A DNA stretch of 64,000 nucleotides from Spirochaetia bacterium (lineage in GTDB: Bacteria > Spirochaetota > Spirochaetia > UBA9216), in assembly GCA_965140585.1 (NCBI GenBank), contig OZ223264.1:480001-544000 (forward strand), written 5' to 3'. Positions 39,148-49,277 of this stretch are shown here, in pieces (position 1 is the first letter of the stretch; each line of letters begins with the position of its first letter). The translations under genes were made by a program, and so were the position numbers. A model generated the notes under the pieces. The model was not told the DNA's origin. It saw only the letters and a program-made list of their open reading frames with translations, and ran no database searches.

Positions 39148-39862
39148 CTGTTACCTCAATATCCGACATATAGGTTATTTTTCTGTTGCTTAAGTCTCCG
39201 TCAACTGTGAAAACCCGGGACTGATACCTATCGTATATTTCCGTGTCATCAATATAGCTGAAACCGTCATTCTGGGCTTTTGAATGGGCAGAGACGATCT
39301 GACCGAAATTAAAGCCCTGTGGTGTCTGTATGCCGACTGTTTCCTGTCTTCGCAGATGATGCTCAATAAAACCGTCATGACTAATCTGCTTCATTGCATC
39401 GATGGAAGGAATGACCGGTGCACAGGCTCCGTGCTTGTAGGCCCCTTCGGCGACCTTGACGACTGTCTCAGCGCTTATCCAGGGTCTGGCTCCGTCATGG
39501 ATAAGGATAATTCCCTTCTCGTAGTCAAAGCCTTCATCATGCAGAGCCTTCAAGCCGTTGAATACAGAAGCCTGTCGTTCTCCGCCGCCTTCGCAGTAGA
39601 TTAGTTTATGTTTAAGCTGATTAAGTAAGTCCGATGCAGGCTTAAGTGCTTCCCGCGTTTTTTCCAGAGTACCTTCGGCATAGGTGATGAGCCCATAACT
39701 GAAGAGTCCGGTTGATAAAAATGTCGAGACTGACTTAGCAAGTACGGTGGAGCCGTTAAGTGGAAGAAATTCCTTTTTAACTCTCCCGCCCATACGGGTG
39801 CCGCTGCCCGCAGCTGTAATTATAAAAGCTGCAGGCGGGAAGTCTTCCGGAATTCGGCTCAT
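39110..39862 (-). CDS. ispD: 2-C-methyl-D-erythritol 4-phosphate cytidylyltransferase
   Basis: AAGSGTRMG, GG.ERQ.SV, IHDGARP, QTPQ, N.KIT. Confidence 0.95.
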   Translation of the reverse strand: MSRIPEDFPPAAFIITAAGSGTRMGGRVKKEFLPLNGSTVLAKSVSTFLSTGLFSYGLITYAEGTLEKTREALKPASDLLNQLKHKLIYCEGGGERQASVFNGLKALHDEGFDYEKGIILIHDGARPWISAETVVKVAEGAYKHGACAPVIPSIDAMKQISHDGFIEHHLRRQETVGIQTPQGFNFGQIVSAHSKAQNDGFSYIDDTEIYDRYQSRVFTVDGDLSNRKITYMSDIEVTDENRTGLGFTQA

Positions 39863-40371
39863 TCCTCTATTTCGAGTTTGCTGAAGATAAGCTGTTCAAC
39901 TTCCGGCTTGGTTTTTCCAAGTGAAAAGGAAATTTCATCAACAAGCAGTTTCAGTGCATTGTCGAAGAGTTTTCTTTCAAGAATTGGAAGTTCCTTGACT
40001 TTACTCCGGTGATAGAGGGTTCTGACAACAGTGGCTATGTCGGTTACGCTCCCGCTTTTTAGCAGGTCAAGGTTCATCTGATAGCGCATTTTCCAGTCTG
40101 CTGTAACCGGTTCATACTCTTCTGAGATGAGTTTAAGCGCTTTCTTGGATTCTTCCTTATCGACGATTGCCCTGATTCCGAGTTCCTCAGCCTTGTCGGT
40201 CGGAACCATTATTGTCATGTCAGACACTTCAAGATAGATGATGTAGTAAAGCACATCGTTGTTTTTGAACTTTTTAGTTTCAATACTTATGATCTTTCCG
40301 ACACCCTGAAGAGGGTATACTACTTCCTGATTGACCTTGAAGGTCGTTGCATTGCTATCTGTTTTGGCCAT
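39859..40371 (-). CDS. carD: CarD-family transcription regulator
   Basis: FKVNQEVVYPLQGVGKI, MVP, GIR, W..R; typical carD-ispD-ispF synteny. Confidence 0.93.
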   Translation of the reverse strand: MAKTDSNATTFKVNQEVVYPLQGVGKIISIETKKFKNNDVLYYIIYLEVSDMTIMVPTDKAEELGIRAIVDKEESKKALKLISEEYEPVTADWKMRYQMNLDLLKSGSVTDIATVVRTLYHRSKVKELPILERKLFDNALKLLVDEISFSLGKTKPEVEQLIFSKLEIEE

Positions 40372-40378
40372 ATCTATT

Positions 40379-40407
40379 ATTATACCTGAAAAGTCTGTGA
40401 GAGTAAA
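40379..40407 (-). promoter_or_regulatory. sigma70-like promoter of carD, predicted leaderless
   Basis: Minus strand TTTACT-17 bp-TATAAT, ATG 7 nt downstream. Confidence 0.65.
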
Positions 40408-40450
40408 TATCTGTACATGATCTTGCTGGTAATGAAGGCTTATATGTGTG

Positions 40451-42052
40451 TTAAAAAGATATCAAATGTATAGAATTTTCTGTTTCAGTGTTATCAACAA
40501 CTCCCTCCGGCATCTGCGGTTCCTTGAGCCTGAAATACCTGAACGGATGTATGTCCAGAACATTCGGATACCAGCCTTCAAGACTGTCCAGATCGACAAG
40601 GTTGAAGGCAGGATAATTTTCAAGCGGCAGAACAAGGGCTGTCTCCAGCAGTATCGATTCTGCCTCGGCAAGGGTTTTGTACCTCTGTGCCGGGGCCTCG
40701 GTTTCCGCCCTTGCTATCAACCTGTCATATTCAGGATCTGCAAAACCGGAATCGTTTAGATTGCTGTTGCTTGTCCACATCTGCAGAAATGTGAGAGGGT
40801 CCGCAAAGTCACCGATCCAGGTTGTGGTTCCAAGAGAGTAATCATTCAGCTTTAGTGAGTTGTAGTAGTCGGGGTAGGGGCGAACCTCGATCTGAACCGT
40901 TACATCAAGGTATTTCTCCCAGGTCTCTTTCATGATCTGTCCTATATATGAGGGAAGGTTACCGTTGGGAACCCTGACTGTTATATTTCCAATTCCTTTT
41001 CCCTTTGTGTATCCGGCCGAATGAAGCAGTCCAAGGGCCTCTTTAAAATCTCTTCTATCGATGCCTTCAACTGCGGGGTATCCGGGAATTGCCGGAATCA
41101 GTGTTGCTGTAGGCAGAAAGTAGTTGTTAGAATTACGGATTCCTTCCCAGGGAAGTATAAGCGCAAGGGCCCTCCTCACGTCACCGTTTTTCAGTGCGTC
41201 ATTTGAAGTGTTGAAGAAGAAGTAGGATGTTGCAAAAAGAGGATTGGATACAAGTTTGTCGCTGTCTTCCACCATAGACAGATAGACACCATCAGGAGCC
41301 CACTGTATTTCCCCCTTGTTGAAACGCTCGGCGGCCAGCTGGGGATCATCAATAAATGAGATGCTGATTGTATCCGTGTCAATGTTGCTCTGATCCCAGT
41401 AAAGGATGTTCTTTTTGAGAGTTATATGTGATTCATCGGCCTTTGTTATATAAAATGGCCCGTTTCCGAGTGTGGATGGGCCGGTCTTCCATTTACCGTT
41501 TTCAAGATTAAGCGGATGAACCGGAGAAAAACTGTGGTGACAGAGAATTTTTAAAAAGTATTCCGCCGGCTCCCTCAGTTTTACTTCAAGAATATAGTCG
41601 GATATAACCTTTATTCCTACAGTGCGGCGGTCTTCGTTCTTCCCCGTTCTGAAGTCGAGGGCTCCTTCTATTATGTCAAGAAGAAAAGAGTACTCCGCAT
41701 TCTCATCAGGAGACAGCAGGCGGAACCACGCCTCTGAGAAGTTTGTTGCTTTGACCGGATCTCCGTTCCAGAAGTGTCCCTCCGGTCTTAAAAAGAAGGT
41801 GTATGTTTTTCCGTCAGGTGAAACAACCCAGCGTTCAGCTGCCGCTGCCACAGGTTCGAGAGTGAGCGGATGGTAGCTTACCAGTCCTTCGTAAACAGCT
41901 GTGAAAAGCTGTGCCTCGGTAGTTGTAAAAGCATGCGCAGGATCCAGTCCGTATTCGGATGATGAATAGCACACAGTAATCTTTGCTTCTTCCGCCATTA
42001 CAGAAAGTGGAAGTATCATTAATATCAGCAACAGGTACAGACGTCTGGTCAT
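40451..42052 (-). CDS. OppA-like peptide ABC substrate-binding protein (family 5)
   Basis: Signal peptide; LDP, YEGLV, SPDGKTYTFFLR, GNGPF, VRRAL, WIGDFADP. Confidence 0.9.
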   Translation of the reverse strand: MTRRLYLLLILMILPLSVMAEEAKITVCYSSSEYGLDPAHAFTTTEAQLFTAVYEGLVSYHPLTLEPVAAAAERWVVSPDGKTYTFFLRPEGHFWNGDPVKATNFSEAWFRLLSPDENAEYSFLLDIIEGALDFRTGKNEDRRTVGIKVISDYILEVKLREPAEYFLKILCHHSFSPVHPLNLENGKWKTGPSTLGNGPFYITKADESHITLKKNILYWDQSNIDTDTISISFIDDPQLAAERFNKGEIQWAPDGVYLSMVEDSDKLVSNPLFATSYFFFNTSNDALKNGDVRRALALILPWEGIRNSNNYFLPTATLIPAIPGYPAVEGIDRRDFKEALGLLHSAGYTKGKGIGNITVRVPNGNLPSYIGQIMKETWEKYLDVTVQIEVRPYPDYYNSLKLNDYSLGTTTWIGDFADPLTFLQMWTSNSNLNDSGFADPEYDRLIARAETEAPAQRYKTLAEAESILLETALVLPLENYPAFNLVDLDSLEGWYPNVLDIHPFRYFRLKEPQMPEGVVDNTETENSIHLISF

Positions 42053-42079
42053 ATAAGCCTTTCTTCTTTATAGTTTACG

Positions 42080-42115
42080 GAGCTTCATGCAAAACCCGGT
42101 TAGTTCTGAAACAGC
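42080..42115 (-). repeat. Partial copy C of hairpin element (AACCG-loop hairpin only)
   Basis: 31/37 identity by manual alignment to 23023-23059. Confidence 0.7.
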
Positions 42116-42117
42116 CT

Positions 42118-42852
42118 CTATAGAATATGTCTGAGAAAGTTTTTAGTTCTTTCTTCAGAAGGCGAATCGAAGACCTGTTCAGGAGACCCTGTTTCAATGA
42201 TCTCACCGTCGTCCATAAAAACCACCCGATCCGCCGCCGCCCTTGCAAATCCCATCTCATGTGAAACAACCATCATGGTCATTCCGTCCCTGGCAAGATC
42301 CAGCATAACATCAAGTACTTCTTTAATCATTTCAGGATCGAGTGCGCTGGTGGGTTCGTCAAAAAGCATCACCCTGGGATTCATAGCCAGCGCCCGGGCA
42401 ATTGCAACACGCTGCTGCTGTCCTCCGGAAAGCTGCTGCGGGTATGCGTTCTCCTTCTCCGCCAGTCCGACCCTTGAAAGAAGTCTTCGGGCGGTCTCAT
42501 CCGCCTCGTTTTTGGTCATTTTTTTTACTGTTTTAAGCGCAAGTGTAATGTTCTCAAGTGCAGTTATATGGCTGAAAAGGTTGAAGTTCTGGAAAACCAT
42601 TCCTACTTCCTCCCTGATCTTGCGAATGTCGGATTTAGTGTCGGTAACACAGTCGTCATCAACCCAGATTTCACCCGAAGTGAGGATTTCAAGGCGGTTC
42701 ACGCAGCGGAGCATTGTGCTTTTTCCGCTTCCTGAGGGTCCGATTACCAGTACCACCTCACCTGGTTTAACGTCAAGGCTGGCGTTTCTAAGCGCCTGTA
42801 TATCGCCGAAGTGTTTGCTGGCATCTTTTATCCGGATTCTGTATTCCGCCAT
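42118..42852 (-). CDS. Polar amino-acid ABC transporter ATPase (GlnQ-like)
   Basis: [43 protein letters not shown]; start 42852 chosen from promoter TTGACT(42890)-16 bp-TATTCT. Confidence 0.92.
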   Translation of the reverse strand: MAEYRIRIKDASKHFGDIQALRNASLDVKPGEVVLVIGPSGSGKSTMLRCVNRLEILTSGEIWVDDDCVTDTKSDIRKIREEVGMVFQNFNLFSHITALENITLALKTVKKMTKNEADETARRLLSRVGLAEKENAYPQQLSGGQQQRVAIARALAMNPRVMLFDEPTSALDPEMIKEVLDVMLDLARDGMTMMVVSHEMGFARAAADRVVFMDDGEIIETGSPEQVFDSPSEERTKNFLRHIL

Positions 42853-42945
42853 TTCGATCATAAGAATATCAAAATACCCGTAAAAGTCAATTAAAGTGCC
42901 GAATCATATTGATATTATTATTTTCATACAGTATCAATATTGCAT

Positions 42946-43905
42946 ATGTCTGCTGTTTTATCTCTTTTATCACTACTGGTCTTCATTGCCGCAGGAATGT
43001 TTTCCGCATTGCTTCCGGTTGTCAGAAAATCTTCGCTGATAGGAAAAATTTCAGCAGTACTGCTGTATCTGCTGCTTTTTTTTATGGGCTTCAGGATCTC
43101 TTCAGTCACCGACCCTGCTCAGATCGTTAATATCGGGTTAATGTCTGTTGTTTTTGCAATTGCCGCTGCAGCCGGAACCGCTGCTGTACTTTATTCTTAC
43201 TATGCAATGCGCTTCCGTTTTTCAAAGGCAGCAGTCCCTGCAGGTGCACAGGATGATATCAGCAGTAATTCCCCTGCAGAAAAACATTCAGGAGGCTTCA
43301 GTCTTTCCAGTCTTAAGGATCCGCTCAGATTGCTTGCGGCTGTTATTGTCGGTTTTATTTCAGGCAGTCTAATTCATATTCCAGGTTTCACCGGTGAGGA
43401 TGTTTCAACCTGGATGCTGAGATTTCTTCTCTTTACCATTGGAATAGACCTGGTTAAAAATGGTGTCAGCCTGAAGGAATCGCTCTCAGGCTTTCAGGCT
43501 GTTATTCTTCCCGCTCTAGTTGTAGCAGGTACTATTGCCGGAAGTCTTCTGCCTGCGATTCTTTTCAGCGTACCTGTCAGAAACGCCGCGGCTGTCGTCT
43601 CCGGTTTCGGCTGGTATTCGCTCTCAGGAGTGCTTATTACCGATATGGGTGACCCCCTCCTGGGCTCCGTAGCCTTTCTTTCCAATATACTCAGAGAGAC
43701 AATAGCCCTTATAACAATTCCCTTCATCGGCCGGACCAGGTATAAGGATGTAGCCATCGGTATTGCAGGTGCTACCAGCATGGATGTTACCCTTCCTCTT
43801 ATTGAAAAATGCTGCGGATCCGCGAAGGTTCCGCTATCGGTGGCCAGCGGAGCAATCCTTTCACTCCTCGTTCCGGTTCTTGTTCCAATCCTTTTTCAGG
43901 CATAG
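42946..43905 (+). CDS. lysO: LysO/DUF340-family lysine exporter
   Basis: Multi-TM; GFGWYSLSG, FLSNILRE, GATSMDVTLP. Confidence 0.85.
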   Translation: MSAVLSLLSLLVFIAAGMFSALLPVVRKSSLIGKISAVLLYLLLFFMGFRISSVTDPAQIVNIGLMSVVFAIAAAAGTAAVLYSYYAMRFRFSKAAVPAGAQDDISSNSPAEKHSGGFSLSSLKDPLRLLAAVIVGFISGSLIHIPGFTGEDVSTWMLRFLLFTIGIDLVKNGVSLKESLSGFQAVILPALVVAGTIAGSLLPAILFSVPVRNAAAVVSGFGWYSLSGVLITDMGDPLLGSVAFLSNILRETIALITIPFIGRTRYKDVAIGIAGATSMDVTLPLIEKCCGSAKVPLSVASGAILSLLVPVLVPILFQA

Positions 43906-44032
43906 AAATTCGCACGGATCGCTGATTCAGAACTTGATTTTTTGCTGATATTTGTGCAAATTCTTCTCTATAACACAAGGTCGACAGAATCTGGCTGAGT
44001 CCTCAGCCGGTTTAAATATAAGGAGACATTTT

Positions 44033-44815
44033 TTGCGCCTCTCTTTCAAAAAAATGCGGACAGTTTTTTGTGCCGTAATCATCTTCTCAGTTCTTCCCCT
44101 TTTCAATGCCGGTACAGATTCGGCATCATCAGAGCATGTCTCATGGCTCGGGGAGGCTGAGTTTATCGGAGATTATCAGGTTTTCTCCGAAATCAAGGAA
44201 CTTGATCTTTATTCGCCCGAAAGTTTTGCAGCTACAATAGTTCTTTCAGATAACGAAGATATGGGATATGTACTTTACAGGGATCCTTCATTCAGATCAG
44301 AAATATACAGTTTCTATACAGGTATCACCGGCTCTTCTGAGATAGCCTCAGCTGTTATTGAAAATGCCTATAAAAACGGCATATCCTTCACCCTTGCTTT
44401 TTCACTGATGTGGGCGGAAAGCGGATTCAATCCCGAGGCGGTCAACCGTAATGCCTCAAGCATCGACCGCGGGCTCTTTCAGCTCAACTCAAAATCATTT
44501 CCCGAGCTCAGAACCGCTGACTTCTTTAATATTCAGACCAACGCGGCTGTCGGGCTTTCATACCTCAGCTACTGTCTACGGCAGGGTGATAATGAAATAG
44601 TCGCACTTGCAATTTACAATGCCGGTCATAACCGAGTAAGCGGAGCAGGAGCTCCCCTGATGACGCTTGAACATATATCAAAGATTCTCGATTACCGTGC
44701 AGAACTTGAACGTAACTTTGAAAGGTATATTTCAAGGACCGGAAAGATAAGAACCGATAAAAAGGCTGAAAAGAATTTGATTCCGGTAGTTGACACCCGT
44801 AAGGCTCTCAAATAG
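44033..44815 (+). CDS. Lytic transglycosylase (SLT domain)
   Basis: AESGFNPEAVN, DRGLFQLNS, AIYNAG; SD AGGAGA before TTG 44033. Confidence 0.88.
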   Translation: MRLSFKKMRTVFCAVIIFSVLPLFNAGTDSASSEHVSWLGEAEFIGDYQVFSEIKELDLYSPESFAATIVLSDNEDMGYVLYRDPSFRSEIYSFYTGITGSSEIASAVIENAYKNGISFTLAFSLMWAESGFNPEAVNRNASSIDRGLFQLNSKSFPELRTADFFNIQTNAAVGLSYLSYCLRQGDNEIVALAIYNAGHNRVSGAGAPLMTLEHISKILDYRAELERNFERYISRTGKIRTDKKAEKNLIPVVDTRKALK

Positions 44816-44818
44816 AGT
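44790..44818 (+). promoter_or_regulatory. sigma70-like promoter inside SLT gene end, predicted leaderless
   Basis: TTGACA(44790)-17 bp-TAGAGT(44813), ATG 44825 6 nt downstream. Confidence 0.7.
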
Positions 44819-44824
44819 TTTACC

Positions 44825-46723
44825 ATGATTATAATACTAAGCAGAGATATAACCGAAGAGCAGAAATATAAAATTTCATCCTTTCTGGAGACCCGGGGAT
44901 TTAAAGTAAAGGAAATTGTTGGTGAAGAGGAAACCGTTCTTGGAGCCGTCGGATCAATTTCAATCGATCCCAGAGCCGTTGAACTGCTTGAGGGCGTAAA
45001 GTCCGTAATTCCAATATCAAAACCCTACAAACTGGCCTCACGTGAGCTTAAAAAAGAAGATACAATTATAGATGTCGGCGGTGTTCTCATCGGCGGTCCA
45101 AGGGTTGCTGTTATTGCCGGCCCATGCGCTGTAGAATCCGAAGAGCAGATAGAAGAAGCTGCAGCAGCCCTGTATGAAGCCGGCGCTGTTATTCTCCGCG
45201 GCGGCGCATTTAAACCCAGAACCTCTCCATACTCCTTCCAGGGACATGGAGAAAAAGGACTTAAATGGATGAAGGCCGCCGGTGAACGTTACGGAATGCC
45301 GATAGCTACCGAAATTGTATCACCTTCCTATATTGATATTATGCGTGATTACGTTGATATCTATCAGATTGGTGCCCGCAATATGCAGAACTTTGAACTG
45401 CTTAAGATTGTCGGAGAGCTCGGCAAGCCAGTAATACTTAAGCGCGGCCTGTCTGCAACCATTGAAGAATGGCTGATGGCTGCTGAATATCTGCTTGCTC
45501 ATGGTACCGACAATGTTATCTTCTGTGAACGCGGTATTCGTACCTTCGAAACATATACAAGAAATACCCTTGATATTTCTGCTATTCCAATAATAAAAAA
45601 ACTCAGTCATCTTCCTGTGATCTGCGACCCCAGTCATGGTACCGGCATCCGCGGGAAAGTTTCTCCGATGGCGCTTGCATCGGTTGCCGCCGGAGCCGAC
45701 GGTCTGATGATCGAGGTTCATCCGCATCCTGAGCAGGCTCTTTCTGACGGACCGCAGAGTCTGTATCCTGCGCAGTTTGAGAAGCTGATGCGCGATATCG
45801 AGGCGCTTGGGCCTGTTATCGGAAAGGAAATTTCAAGACCTCTTAAGAAAAGCTTTAACATCTACCGTTCTTCCGGAGAGAAGGCTGTAAGCACAAGCGG
45901 AAAGCTAAAGGTTTCATACCAGGGAGAACCCGGCGCCTACAGCGAATCCGCCGCCGAGAAGCACTTCCAGAATGCAGATATTGAATTCTTTCCCGGTAAG
46001 CGCTTTGAGGATGCCTTCCTGTCCGTCTTCAAGGGTGAAAGTGACTACGGGGTTATACCTATCGAGAACGCGCTTACAGGCTCAATCCATGAGTGCTACG
46101 ACCTGTTTCTCAGGTTCCCGGATCTGAAGATTGTAGGAGAGAAACAGATAAGGATCCAGCATAACCTCATCGGTCTGCCAGGAACCGACATCTCTAAAAT
46201 AAAGAGAATATATTCACATCCGCAGGGTCTGCTGCAGTGTTCGAAGTACCTCGATACTCTCAGTGCTGAACGGGTTCCTTATTACGACACAGCAGGCGCT
46301 GTTGCCTTTGTCGCAGAGCAGAAATCAACTGATATTGCCGCTATAGCCGGAGCCAGGGCTGCTTCAGTATACAAGATGGAAATTCTCAGAGATGGTATTG
46401 AAACCAATTCTGTAAATTATACCAGGTTTTTTATAATCTCCAGATCAGAGCATCCTTTACCCATAGATTGTGACAAAGCTACTGTCGTCTTCTCTGTAAA
46501 AGATGAAAAAGGAAGTCTTGTTAAGGTCCTCCAGCTTTTTGACAAGCAGGAACTTAATATGAAAAAACTTGAGTCCAGACCTATTCACGGAAAGCCGTGG
46601 GAATATATGTTCTATGTGGATTTGGAAGTCTCTGCACCTGAAGCATTTAAGGCTTCAGTCGCGGAAATTACAAATGTTGCGGATGATTTCAGGATTCTGG
46701 GCATTTACAAGGCCGGGATCTAA
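44825..46723 (+). CDS. aroF-pheA: Fusion: regulatory domain + type I-beta DAHP synthase + prephenate dehydratase/ACT
   Basis: IAGPCAVE, GGAFKPRTSPYSFQG, IGARNMQN, LKRG, ERGIRTF, DPSH; YQGEPGAYS, PIEN, YSHPQ, NYTRF, KLESRP, YMFYVD. Confidence 0.93.
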   Translation: MIIILSRDITEEQKYKISSFLETRGFKVKEIVGEEETVLGAVGSISIDPRAVELLEGVKSVIPISKPYKLASRELKKEDTIIDVGGVLIGGPRVAVIAGPCAVESEEQIEEAAAALYEAGAVILRGGAFKPRTSPYSFQGHGEKGLKWMKAAGERYGMPIATEIVSPSYIDIMRDYVDIYQIGARNMQNFELLKIVGELGKPVILKRGLSATIEEWLMAAEYLLAHGTDNVIFCERGIRTFETYTRNTLDISAIPIIKKLSHLPVICDPSHGTGIRGKVSPMALASVAAGADGLMIEVHPHPEQALSDGPQSLYPAQFEKLMRDIEALGPVIGKEISRPLKKSFNIYRSSGEKAVSTSGKLKVSYQGEPGAYSESAAEKHFQNADIEFFPGKRFEDAFLSVFKGESDYGVIPIENALTGSIHECYDLFLRFPDLKIVGEKQIRIQHNLIGLPGTDISKIKRIYSHPQGLLQCSKYLDTLSAERVPYYDTAGAVAFVAEQKSTDIAAIAGARAASVYKMEILRDGIETNSVNYTRFFIISRSEHPLPIDCDKATVVFSVKDEKGSLVKVLQLFDKQELNMKKLESRPIHGKPWEYMFYVDLEVSAPEAFKASVAEITNVADDFRILGIYKAGI

Positions 46724-46734
46724 GCGGATAACGG

Positions 46735-47268
46735 ATGGGACTTACTGCTGATTTTTCACCTGAAACTTTAATTGTCGGAGTTCTTTCTGCAGATATACGG
46801 ACTTCAAAGAATATAGTCACTGAGCTCGAATCTCATTTCGGGCCTGTTGACTATGAAAGTCCTGTCCTCGATTTCAACTACACCGAATACTACACTCCCG
46901 AGATGGGAGCCGGACTCAAGCGCTGGTTCTATTCATTCCGGGATCTGGTTCAGCCCGACAGGCTCGGACCGATTAAAAATCTGACAAATGAAATAGAAAT
47001 GAAATATGCTCCGGAATCCGGAAACCGCAGTATCAACCTCGATCCGGGGCTGCTTGATCTCAATCGCCTGATACTTGCTACAACCAAGAATGTAGGGCAC
47101 AGGATTCCTCTTACCGAGGGAATCTACGGTGAGGTTACCCTTATTTATATGAAAAAGGATTACCACCCGCTTCCATGGACCTATCCGGATTACAAGAGTG
47201 AAGAGTATAAAGCAATACTCAAAGAGATCCGTGACAATTACCGGCAGAAATTGAAGCAGCAAAAATAG
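46735..47268 (+). CDS. DUF4416-family protein
   Basis: YY..EMG, K..TNEIE, R.INLDPG, LATTK...HRI, GIYGEVTL, WTYPDY. Confidence 0.85.
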   Translation: MGLTADFSPETLIVGVLSADIRTSKNIVTELESHFGPVDYESPVLDFNYTEYYTPEMGAGLKRWFYSFRDLVQPDRLGPIKNLTNEIEMKYAPESGNRSINLDPGLLDLNRLILATTKNVGHRIPLTEGIYGEVTLIYMKKDYHPLPWTYPDYKSEEYKAILKEIRDNYRQKLKQQK

Positions 47269-47288
47269 TCATCTGTTTTCACTTCTAT

Positions 47289-48077
47289 GTGACTTCTGGA
47301 AAAATATTGATTTCGTTCTTACTGTTGATGCTCTGCTCATGCTCGTTTTTTTCAGACAGCATCTCTGTTGTTCTGGTAATTCCAGACTTTCCTGATGGAG
47401 CTCAGCCTCCGGGACTGGAAGCCTGGCGTGTGGTGTATCCGGAATCTATTTCAAAGGACGGCTGCTGTTTTGCAGAACTGATCATTGATTCCTTGACTGA
47501 TGAAGAACCTCCGGTTATTGAAATGAGCAAGGGCGTGAATCTACCGGTACTTGTCTATCCTGTATATGCAGACGGTACCTGCAGCAGCTTCCCGGCCGGG
47601 GGCTTATTTCCTGCTGACTACAGAGGCGGCAGCCTCGTTCTTTCCTGGGACACCGGTCCGGCTGCAGAAATAATCCACGATTTTTCCCTGCAGGGGGAAC
47701 TGTTTGAAGGCTTCAATGCAGTGAAGCTCAGGGGGGTGATAATGGAAAAAGCTGTACAAGATTACAATGATGATCCCTGGTTCGCTGACCCCGTTGAAAT
47801 TAAAAGCAGGCTTGGATACGGACTTTTCAGGGAGAGTTCTGTAAAATCAAGGGAAACTGCTGATTTCGGTATTCCGGCGTTCAGCAGAACCTGGCATTGC
47901 GATAATCCATTTGTGCCTGAAATTATTGCTGATGACGGAGAACTGCGGGTAATACTATACAGCGGGCTGACATACCGTTTCTTCTGCAGCGACGAAGTTA
48001 TTTCAGTATATTTTAATGAGGATTACTGGGTCTGGAAAAATTCTGCTATTGGAGCCTCAGGATACGGGACGAGGTGA
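47289..48077 (+). CDS. Putative lipoprotein, unknown function
   Basis: KILISFLLLMLCSC lipobox-like leader; 262 aa ORF. Confidence 0.7.
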   Translation: MTSGKILISFLLLMLCSCSFFSDSISVVLVIPDFPDGAQPPGLEAWRVVYPESISKDGCCFAELIIDSLTDEEPPVIEMSKGVNLPVLVYPVYADGTCSSFPAGGLFPADYRGGSLVLSWDTGPAAEIIHDFSLQGELFEGFNAVKLRGVIMEKAVQDYNDDPWFADPVEIKSRLGYGLFRESSVKSRETADFGIPAFSRTWHCDNPFVPEIIADDGELRVILYSGLTYRFFCSDEVISVYFNEDYWVWKNSAIGASGYGTR

Positions 48078-49176
48078 GCTTTTCCACACCGGTTTCAGTG
48101 ATGAGAAAATCATCCTCATAACGCACTCCGCCGGCTTCGGCGTCATATAATCCCGGTTCAATAGTGAATATCATTCCAGGTAGCATGGGCTTGTTGTACA
48201 GCTGGTGATTTTTAAGAATCGGAGCTTCATGAACATCCAGTCCTATTCCATGGCCCAGGCTGTGGGGCATAGTCCTCCCGTTTGTTGAAAAGAAGCAGTC
48301 AACAGCCTCGGCAATGCCGGCCGCTGATATTCCCGGTTCTGCCGTTTTAAAGGCTATGCTGTGGGCTTCTTTTACAAGTTCTACCATCTGCTCCTGTTTT
48401 TCAGAAAGCTTTCCTCTGCACACGGTCATCGTTATATCAGTAGCATAGCCGTCAAGCTTCAGGCCGCAGTCTATGATCGACAGGCCCCCTCCGGTTTCCA
48501 GTATTCCGCCAATGGGCCCGGCACTGTAGGCTGGTATACAGTGTATTCCCCATGAGCGGGTTGGTCCTGCAGCAAGAGTTTCAAACGACGGGCCTTCGGC
48601 TCCGAGCCTTCGGGATTCGGCTTCTATCAGCATGGCTGCATCGATTTCGGTTTTGATACTTCCGCTGCTGAATCCTGCCTCCAGAGCGTCTATCAGTTTA
48701 TTAGTCATTATACCGGCTTTGCGGTATAGCGCAATCTCTGCCTCATCCTTTATCGATCTCATTTCAAGCAGCTTTTCAGAAACTCCATCGTCCCGGCAGA
48801 CAATCTCAAAGCCCTTAAGTTCGGCTGTAATTTCGGTATAGAGCAGATACGGAGTTCGGGAGGAAAGTTCTATCCGGCCGCTGCTCAGTTTACTGCTGCA
48901 TATGGACTTCAAAGCCTTCACGGCATTCCGCTCAAACTCGGCGTAGGGAATTATTTTATCTGCAGCAGCAGTTTTTTCTGCCATTATAATATCCCAGGGG
49001 ATGAGCACAGTACTGGCATCGGAAAATATTACAAGAAGCGCATCTGAATCCATTCCGGAAAGGTATTGGAGATTCTTTGAACGCCGGGTTTCAGCATCTT
49101 CAATAAAAACCGCATCAATGTTTTCCTTCTCCATCCAATCGCATAATTTTTCAATTCTGTTTTTGTAGGCTTTCAT
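48046..49176 (-). CDS. Xaa-Pro peptidase (M24B family)
   Basis: RSIKD..EI, IDCG...GYATDIT, HSLGHGIGLDVHE, TIEPGLY, GVRYEDD. Confidence 0.93.
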   Translation of the reverse strand: MKAYKNRIEKLCDWMEKENIDAVFIEDAETRRSKNLQYLSGMDSDALLVIFSDASTVLIPWDIIMAEKTAAADKIIPYAEFERNAVKALKSICSSKLSSGRIELSSRTPYLLYTEITAELKGFEIVCRDDGVSEKLLEMRSIKDEAEIALYRKAGIMTNKLIDALEAGFSSGSIKTEIDAAMLIEAESRRLGAEGPSFETLAAGPTRSWGIHCIPAYSAGPIGGILETGGGLSIIDCGLKLDGYATDITMTVCRGKLSEKQEQMVELVKEAHSIAFKTAEPGISAAGIAEAVDCFFSTNGRTMPHSLGHGIGLDVHEAPILKNHQLYNKPMLPGMIFTIEPGLYDAEAGGVRYEDDFLITETGVEKLTSSRILRLQ

Positions 49177-49277
49177 AGACGCTCCCTGTTTTATTAGAAG
49201 TTAAAGACATTAGCTGAATTATATCATGTACAATACAAAATATATATGTATATTCAATTGCCATATTATATCGTCCG

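Noticed and set aside
42197-42883. 228-aa antisense ORF and similar shadow ORFs (e.g. 31156-31791, 25643-26161, 54303-54788)
   Set aside because: They lie opposite well-conserved genes and show no recognisable motifs
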